DNA of 64,000 nt from an uncultured Candidatus Rokubacteria bacterium. GTDB lineage: Bacteria; Methylomirabilota; Methylomirabilia; Rokubacteriales; CSP1-6. Position 1 is the first letter of the stretch. Each line of letters begins with the position of its first letter. The notes below the pieces were generated by a model. The model worked only from the letters and a program-made list of their open reading frames with translations, did not search any database and was not told where the DNA came from. A program made the position numbers and the translations under genes. The stretch spans positions 128,001 to 192,000 of the forward strand of contig CAVYTA010000006.1 in NCBI GenBank assembly GCA_963771355.1, given 5' to 3'. Shown one piece after another: positions 58,411-64,000 of this stretch.

Positions 58411-59781
58411 TCAGCGCCTTCGCTCGCGCAGGAGATGCTGGCCGCGCCCCGGCCGACTCAGGAGCGTACCGTCCCGGGCGATGATCTCACCCCGGGAGAG
58501 GGTAAGCACGGGCACGCCGGTGACCGTGAAGGCATGGAAGGGGTCGTAGCCGGCGCGCGAGTGAAGCGTCCGCTCGTCGATGATCTCCACCTTGCGCGGA
58601 TCGAAGAGGACGAGGTCGGCGTCGCTCCCAACCGCGATGGTGCCCTTCCTCGGGTAGAGGCCGAAGATCTTCGCCGGGTTCGTGGCGAAGGCGGCCACGA
58701 AGGTCTGGAGCGAGATGCGCCCCCGCGACACCCCTTCCGAGTAGATCACGCGCATCTCCGTCTCGAGCCCCGGCACGCCGTACGGGACCCGCCGGAAATC
58801 CCGCACGCCCTCCCCCTTCTGATCCACCGTCCAGGACGTGTTGTCGCTGCCGATGGTCTGGAGCGCCCCATCCCGGAGCGCGTCCCAGAGCGCGGCCTGA
58901 TCGGGCAGAGCCCGGAGCGGCGGGGCCCCCACCACCTTCGCCGCCTCGAGCCCGCCCGGATCGTAGCGCTCGCTCGTGAGCCCGAGGTAGATAGGGCGCG
59001 TCTCGCCCGAGACGCGCAGGCCGCGCTTGCGGGCGGCGCGCACGGCGTCCACCGCCGCCTCGCAGGACATGTGGACGATGTAGACCTCGGCGTCGACGAG
59101 CTCCGCGTAGTCGATGACCCGGCGCGTGGCCTCCGCCTCGGCGAGGGCGGGCCGGCTTTCGGCGTAGAACCGCGGATCGAGGCGGCCGGCCGCGATCATG
59201 TCCTTCTCGGCGAGGTCGAGCATCTCGCTGTTCTCGCAGTGGACGTTGACAATCGCGCCTGCCTGGCGCGCGGCCCGGAGCACCCGGAGGAGCGCCTCGT
59301 CGCCGATGCCGAACTCGCGGATGGTGAAGACCTTGAAGCTCGGGTAGCCCGCGCCGACGATGGCGGGGATCTCGGCGATCCGCTCGTCGGTCGCGTCGGA
59401 CAGGATGATGTGGAACCCGTAGTCCACGTGCGCGCGGTCCCGGGCCTTGGCCGACCACGCGGCGATCGTGTCGGCGAGGCGCTGGCCCTTCGCTTGCCAC
59501 GCGTAGTCGCAGATGGTGGTGACGCCGCCGCACGCGGCGGCGGCGGTGCCGGACTCGAAGTCGTCCGCGGTGCGTGTGCCGCCGAGGTCGAGATCGAGAT
59601 GGGTGTGGACGTCCACGCCGCCGGGGAGCACCTGGAGCCCGCGGGCGTCGATCTCGCTCGCCCCAGGCTCGAGCCGCTCGCCGATGCTCGCGATGCGGCC
59701 GTGTCGGATGCCGAGGTCGGCGACGAACGCGTCGGTGGCGTTCGCGACCAGTCCCCCGCGAATCACAAGGTCATGCGCCAT
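58411..59781 (-). CDS. Dihydropyrimidinase/hydantoinase family cyclic amidohydrolase
   Basis: PGGVDVHTH, SFKVF, VHCEN, VHMS, IGSD, GVPGLE. Confidence 0.9.
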   Translation of the reverse strand: MAHDLVIRGGLVANATDAFVADLGIRHGRIASIGERLEPGASEIDARGLQVLPGGVDVHTHLDLDLGGTRTADDFESGTAAAACGGVTTICDYAWQAKGQRLADTIAAWSAKARDRAHVDYGFHIILSDATDERIAEIPAIVGAGYPSFKVFTIREFGIGDEALLRVLRAARQAGAIVNVHCENSEMLDLAEKDMIAAGRLDPRFYAESRPALAEAEATRRVIDYAELVDAEVYIVHMSCEAAVDAVRAARKRGLRVSGETRPIYLGLTSERYDPGGLEAAKVVGAPPLRALPDQAALWDALRDGALQTIGSDNTSWTVDQKGEGVRDFRRVPYGVPGLETEMRVIYSEGVSRGRISLQTFVAAFATNPAKIFGLYPRKGTIAVGSDADLVLFDPRKVEIIDERTLHSRAGYDPFHAFTVTGVPVLTLSRGEIIARDGTLLSRPGRGQHLLRERRR

Positions 59782-59801
59782 GGGTCCACCTTCCTCCCGG
59801 G

Positions 59802-60683
59802 TCAGGGTGTCGTGGGGGCGCGCTCGGCGAAATACCGCGCAATCGCCCCGGTGGTCGCGAGCCAGATCTCCGGGCGGCGCCGCACCACGTGCTCGAAGGC
59901 CCGCCGCAGCTGGCGCAGACGGAAGGGCTGCCCGACGAGGAAGGCGTGCAGCGCGATGCCGAAGACCAGGGGCTGGGCTCGGGACTGGTCCAGCATCTCG
60001 TCGAAATTGTCCACGATCATCTCCGCGAAGGCGGGGGCGGTGCCGTGGTGGATGGCGATCATCGGGATGTCGTTCACCTCGTGCGGATACGGGACGCTCA
60101 GGATGCGGCCCTGCCGCGTCGTCATCCACACCGGCTGATCGTCCATCGGCCAGTCGAGCACGTAGGTGTACCCGGCCTCCTGCAGGAGATCGGGCGTCAC
60201 CGCGCTCGGATTCACGCCCGGGCTCAGCCAGCCGCGCGGGGGCTGCCCCTCGAAGCGCATGATCGCCTCCGTGACGTCGCGGATGAGCGCCGCCTCGCCC
60301 GCCTCGTCGAAGTCGTTCTGGTGCTCGGAGTTGGTGCGCCCGTGCCCGAGCACCTCGTCACCGCGCTTGCGGAACGCGGTCACCACCTCCGGGCAGTGTT
60401 GATAGACCTCGGAGTTCAGGAGCAGCGAGACGGGCAGCTCCAGCCGGTCGAACAGCTCGATGAGGCGCCAGACGCCCACGCGGTTCGCGTACTCGCGCCA
60501 GGCCCAGTTGTAGGTGTTCGGGTGGGGGATGCCGGGGGAGTAGGAGAGGCCCAGGCCCTCCCCGTAGGCGAAGTGCTCCAGGTTCAGCGCGATGTACACG
60601 GCCAGGCGCCGGCCTTCCGGCCAGCTCCAGTCCGGTCGATCCACGATCGCCGAGTATCGAAAACGTCCGTGGTCCCGCAGCAT
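59802..60683 (-). CDS. Polysaccharide deacetylase family (PuuE allantoinase-like)
   Basis: WPEGRRLAV..LNLE, WREYANRVGVWR, LGHG, GWLSP, IALH. Confidence 0.9.
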   Translation of the reverse strand: MLRDHGRFRYSAIVDRPDWSWPEGRRLAVYIALNLEHFAYGEGLGLSYSPGIPHPNTYNWAWREYANRVGVWRLIELFDRLELPVSLLLNSEVYQHCPEVVTAFRKRGDEVLGHGRTNSEHQNDFDEAGEAALIRDVTEAIMRFEGQPPRGWLSPGVNPSAVTPDLLQEAGYTYVLDWPMDDQPVWMTTRQGRILSVPYPHEVNDIPMIAIHHGTAPAFAEMIVDNFDEMLDQSRAQPLVFGIALHAFLVGQPFRLRQLRRAFEHVVRRRPEIWLATTGAIARYFAERAPTTP

Positions 60684-60710
60684 GTCGGGGTCCTCCTCGG
60701 GTCGGCTGGC

Positions 60711-62060
60711 TCAGCCCCGGAAGAAGCGGAGCGGCCCGAAGACCAGGATCGGGAACGCGATGGTGAGGGCGAGGCCGACCACCTGGAGCGCGACGAAAGG
60801 GATCACGCCACGGTAGATGTCCACCGTCCGCACCTCGGGGGGCGCCACCCCGCGGAGGAAGAAGAGGGCGAAGCCGAAGGGCGGTGTGAGGAAGGACGTC
60901 TGGAGGTTCACGCTGATGGCGATGGCGAGCCACAGCGGATCGAAGCCGAAGTGCTGCACGAGCACGGGCACCAAGATGGGCACGTGGATGAAGCAGATCT
61001 CGTAGTAGTCGATGAAGAAGCCGAGGAGGAAGATGACGAACATGACGAGAGCGAGGACGCCGTAGGGGCCGAAGGGCAGCGCCTTCAGGAAATCCTGGAC
61101 GAGATGGTCGCCGTTCAGGCCGCGGAACACGAGGCCGAAGCAGTTCGCCCCCACCAGAATGATGAAGCCGAGGCTCGTGATGCGTGTCGTGACCTGCATG
61201 ACGCCGCGGAGCATCTCCATCGAGAAGCGGCCCTTGACCATGGTCAGGATGAGCGCGCCCGCGGCGCCGACGGACGCCGCTTCCGTCGGTGAGGCGACGC
61301 CGGCGAAGATCGATCCCAGCACGGCCACGACCAGCACGAACGCAGGCAAGAGGGCGAGCCCCACGCGCTTCACCACGTCCGCGCGGAAGGCGGCGATCTC
61401 GCCGGGGGGGATGGGCGGAGCGAGCTCGGGCTTCCACCACGAGATGCCGGCGAGGTAGAGGATGTAGAGGCCTACCAGGATGAGTCCGGGGACGACGGCG
61501 CCGATGTACAGATCGCCCACGGACACGCCCATGATGTCGCCCATCAGGATGAGGATGATGCTGGGAGGAATGATCTGGCCGAGCGTGCCCGAGGCGCAGA
61601 TCGTTCCGCAGATGAGCCGCTTGTCGTAGCCCCGGCGGAGCATGGTGGGGAGCGAGATCATGCCCATGGTGATGACGCTCGCCCCCACGATGCCCGTCGA
61701 CGCCGCCAGGATGGCCCCCACCACCACCACCGAGATGGCGATGCCGCCCCGGAGATGTCCGAAGAGTAGCGCCATGGTCTCGAGCAACTCCTCGGCGATG
61801 CCGGATTTCTCGAGGGCGACGCCCATGAACACGAAGAGCGGAACGGCGAGGAGCGTGAAGTTCGACATCGTGCCCCAGATCCGGATGGGCAGGATGTCGA
61901 GGAAGTCGGGCCGGAGAAAGCCGAAGACGATGCCGAGCCCACCGAAGAGGAACCCGGTGAAGGTCAGGCTGAACGCGACCGGGAAGCCGAGGAAGAGGAA
62001 CGCGATCATCCCCGCGAACATGAACGCCGCGAGGATCTGGTCGAGCGGCAGCCCGGTCAT
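60711..62060 (-). CDS. TRAP transporter large permease DctM
   Basis: LLAVPLF, ASTGIVGASV, GTLGQIIPPS, FLTPPFG. Confidence 0.95.
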   Translation of the reverse strand: MTGLPLDQILAAFMFAGMIAFLFLGFPVAFSLTFTGFLFGGLGIVFGFLRPDFLDILPIRIWGTMSNFTLLAVPLFVFMGVALEKSGIAEELLETMALLFGHLRGGIAISVVVVGAILAASTGIVGASVITMGMISLPTMLRRGYDKRLICGTICASGTLGQIIPPSIILILMGDIMGVSVGDLYIGAVVPGLILVGLYILYLAGISWWKPELAPPIPPGEIAAFRADVVKRVGLALLPAFVLVVAVLGSIFAGVASPTEAASVGAAGALILTMVKGRFSMEMLRGVMQVTTRITSLGFIILVGANCFGLVFRGLNGDHLVQDFLKALPFGPYGVLALVMFVIFLLGFFIDYYEICFIHVPILVPVLVQHFGFDPLWLAIAISVNLQTSFLTPPFGFALFFLRGVAPPEVRTVDIYRGVIPFVALQVVGLALTIAFPILVFGPLRFFRG

Positions 62061-62120
62061 CGGAGTCCGCGCCCCTCGTCGGTTGGGCGGCGGGGCCTCT
62101 TCGCGCAAGCGCTCATCGGC

Positions 62121-62651
62121 TCAGTGGACCTCCGCCCGTGTCTCTGCCGGCGTCTCCCAGCCCATCGCCCGGTAGAACGACTTGATGGTCTCGGAGATGC
62201 CCTGGACCAGCAGGAGGACGAAGCCCACGATGATCATCGACTTGAGCAGCCAGCGGAGCGGGAGCCCGCCCGGATCGGGCGAGCCCTCCCACACCGCCCA
62301 CGCATTCCGCACGAAGGGCCAGGCGGTGTAGATGACGAGCACGCAGGAGGGGAAGAAGAACGCCCAGAACAGGACGAAATCGAGCCACGCCCGCCGCTGC
62401 GGCGAGAGCTTCGAGTACACGATGTCGACGCGGACATGCTCGTCGTGGAGCAGCGTGTAGCCGGCGGCGAGGAGGTAGAGCGTGCCGAAGAGGTACCACT
62501 CGAGCTCCTGCATCCCCCCCGAGGTGTACCGGAACAGGTAGCGAGAGACCACGTCGCCGAAGACGACGAGGACCATCCCCAGCGACAGCCACGACACGCC
62601 GCGCCCGAACCGTTCCTGGAAGCGGTCGATCCTCCGGGCCAGCTCACGCAT
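62121..62651 (-). CDS. TRAP transporter small permease DctQ
   Basis: QELEWYLFG, EHVRVDI, EGSPDPGGLP. Confidence 0.93.
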   Translation of the reverse strand: MRELARRIDRFQERFGRGVSWLSLGMVLVVFGDVVSRYLFRYTSGGMQELEWYLFGTLYLLAAGYTLLHDEHVRVDIVYSKLSPQRRAWLDFVLFWAFFFPSCVLVIYTAWPFVRNAWAVWEGSPDPGGLPLRWLLKSMIIVGFVLLLVQGISETIKSFYRAMGWETPAETRAEVH

Positions 62652-62801
62652 CACACATGTCCTCCGTCAACACGGAACGGCCCACCCCGTGGGGTCGCCG
62701 GCTCGAGGAGATCCGCGCCGGCTCCATCGCCGGCCCGGACAGGTTCCGCCCGCGCGGCGCGAGACGGACGGCGGTGTCCGTCCCACGGCCGCGTGGCGCG
62801 G

Positions 62802-63890
62802 CTAGCTGCTCAGCGTGCTGTAATACGCGCCCTCGACCTTGGCCCAGTCCGCGGTGGTGGTCACGAACTTCGAGTACGCGGCGGCCACCTTCTTGGCCAT
62901 GGGGCTCTTGTCGGCTTCCTCCTGCATGACCTGGGCGGCGATCTTCCGCGCCCCGTCGAGGACGGCATCGGGGAACTTGATCAGCTCCACTTTCGTCTTG
63001 AACTCCGTGTTGAGACGATGGAGCGCGGTCGCGTTCTTGACGAAGTACTCCGCATCGGAGGCGGCAAGGATCACCGCGGCGGCATAGTCGAGCACGTGGC
63101 GGTACTCGGCGGACAGGCCGTCGTACGCCTTCTTGTTGAAGCTGAACTCCGCGATCGAGGTGGCCTCCTGCCAGCCCGGGTAGTAGTAGTAACGGGCCGC
63201 GTTCTGAAGACCGAGCTTGAGATCGTCGTACGGCCCGATGAACTCGGTGGCGTCGATGGTGCCGCGCTCGAGCGCCGTGTAGATCTCGCCCGGCGGCAGG
63301 AGCACGACCGCCGCGCCCGCCTTCGCGTACACCTTGCCCGCGAGGCCGGGAATGCGGATCTTCAGGCCCTTCATGTCGTCGACGGTGTTGATCTTCTTCC
63401 GGAACCACCCGCCCATCTGGGGATTGGTCGACTGGCCGGGCCGCGGCACCACGCCGAAGGGCGTGTAGGCCTCTTCCCAGAGCTTGAGGCCGTCGCCTTG
63501 CTGGTACCACGCCGTGTACCCCTGCGTGTTGAGCCCGAACGGCACGGACGTGAACCACTGAAGGCCGTTCTCCTTGCCGGCCCAGTAGTAGGCCGCGCCG
63601 TTGAACGCCTCCACCGTGCCCTGGATGCAGGCATCGAAGACGCCGGTGGCGGGCATCAGCTCCCCGCCGGCGAACACTTGGATCTTGAACCGCCCGCCCG
63701 TCAGCTCCTCCACGACCTTGGCGAACTTCTGGGCATTGCCCTGCAGGACGTCGAGGGCCGGCGGCCACATGGTGGGCATCCGCCACTGAATCCGGGGCTG
63801 GGCGATCACGTTCGGAGCGTTGACGACGGACGCCGCCCCGGCGGCCACGAGCACGCCGCCGGCCTTCACGAAGAATCTTCTTCGTTGCAT
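62802..63890 (-). CDS. TRAP transporter substrate-binding protein DctP (TakP-like), Tat signal
   Basis: MQRRRFF, YYWAGK, QMGGWFRK, GLKIRIPG, ALERGTIDATE, YYPGWQE. Confidence 0.95.
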   Translation of the reverse strand: MQRRRFFVKAGGVLVAAGAASVVNAPNVIAQPRIQWRMPTMWPPALDVLQGNAQKFAKVVEELTGGRFKIQVFAGGELMPATGVFDACIQGTVEAFNGAAYYWAGKENGLQWFTSVPFGLNTQGYTAWYQQGDGLKLWEEAYTPFGVVPRPGQSTNPQMGGWFRKKINTVDDMKGLKIRIPGLAGKVYAKAGAAVVLLPPGEIYTALERGTIDATEFIGPYDDLKLGLQNAARYYYYPGWQEATSIAEFSFNKKAYDGLSAEYRHVLDYAAAVILAASDAEYFVKNATALHRLNTEFKTKVELIKFPDAVLDGARKIAAQVMQEEADKSPMAKKVAAAYSKFVTTTADWAKVEGAYYSTLSS

Positions 63891-64000
63891 GGAGAGCCTC
63901 CCGCGTTGGGGTGAGTGAGACCGTGCCCGTCTCGCGATCCGCACGACACGGCGGTTCCCGGCCACCGTCACGGCGGAGCGCGCTTCCACAATGAGCGCTA

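Noticed and set aside
1..64000. Many long overlapping or antisense ORFs in the ORF track (e.g. 305-931, 12340-14055, 27815-29581, 58435-60138, 62124-63914)
   Set aside because: Shadow frames of high-GC genes: Arg/Gly/Pro-rich, no motifs, opposite or overlapping well-supported CDSs

Overview
A 64 kb, very GC-rich bacterial chromosomal segment. The gene mix (family-5 ABC solute-binding proteins, LLM monooxygenase, CaiB/BaiF CoA-transferases, TauD dioxygenases, TPP enzymes) suggests a soil heterotroph such as Ca. Rokubacteria; this is inference, as no marker gene is present. Left to right it holds: a truncated lipoprotein amidase; a complete pqqABCDE operon (the 32-aa pqqA is absent from the ORF track) followed by a small permease, a secreted GSDH-family dehydrogenase, a diheme cytochrome c and a katE preceded by a sigma54-type promoter motif; a minus-strand catabolic run (flavin monooxygenase, SBP, alpha/beta-hydrolase lacking its nucleophile, LLM, SDR); an HpnN-like MMPL transporter with a lipid kinase and methyltransferase; a PEP-CTERM-like gene with sigma54 and enhancer-like motifs; plant-like thrC-metB; hpaB; an HtrA protease; an oxc/frc-like pair; a Rieske oxygenase cluster; a decayed island (tRNA 3' fragment, recombinase-like tail, broken STAND-BTAD regulator, broken beta-propeller/FIMAH protein); an orphan E1-alpha; an IorAB-like molybdoenzyme; and a TRAP/deacetylase/dihydropyrimidinase operon. 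Several genes carry single-base frameshifts, which may be assembly errors or true lesions. Several genes appear leaderless. No CRISPR array, rRNA or intact tRNA was seen. All family calls come from motif recognition by eye, not database searches.
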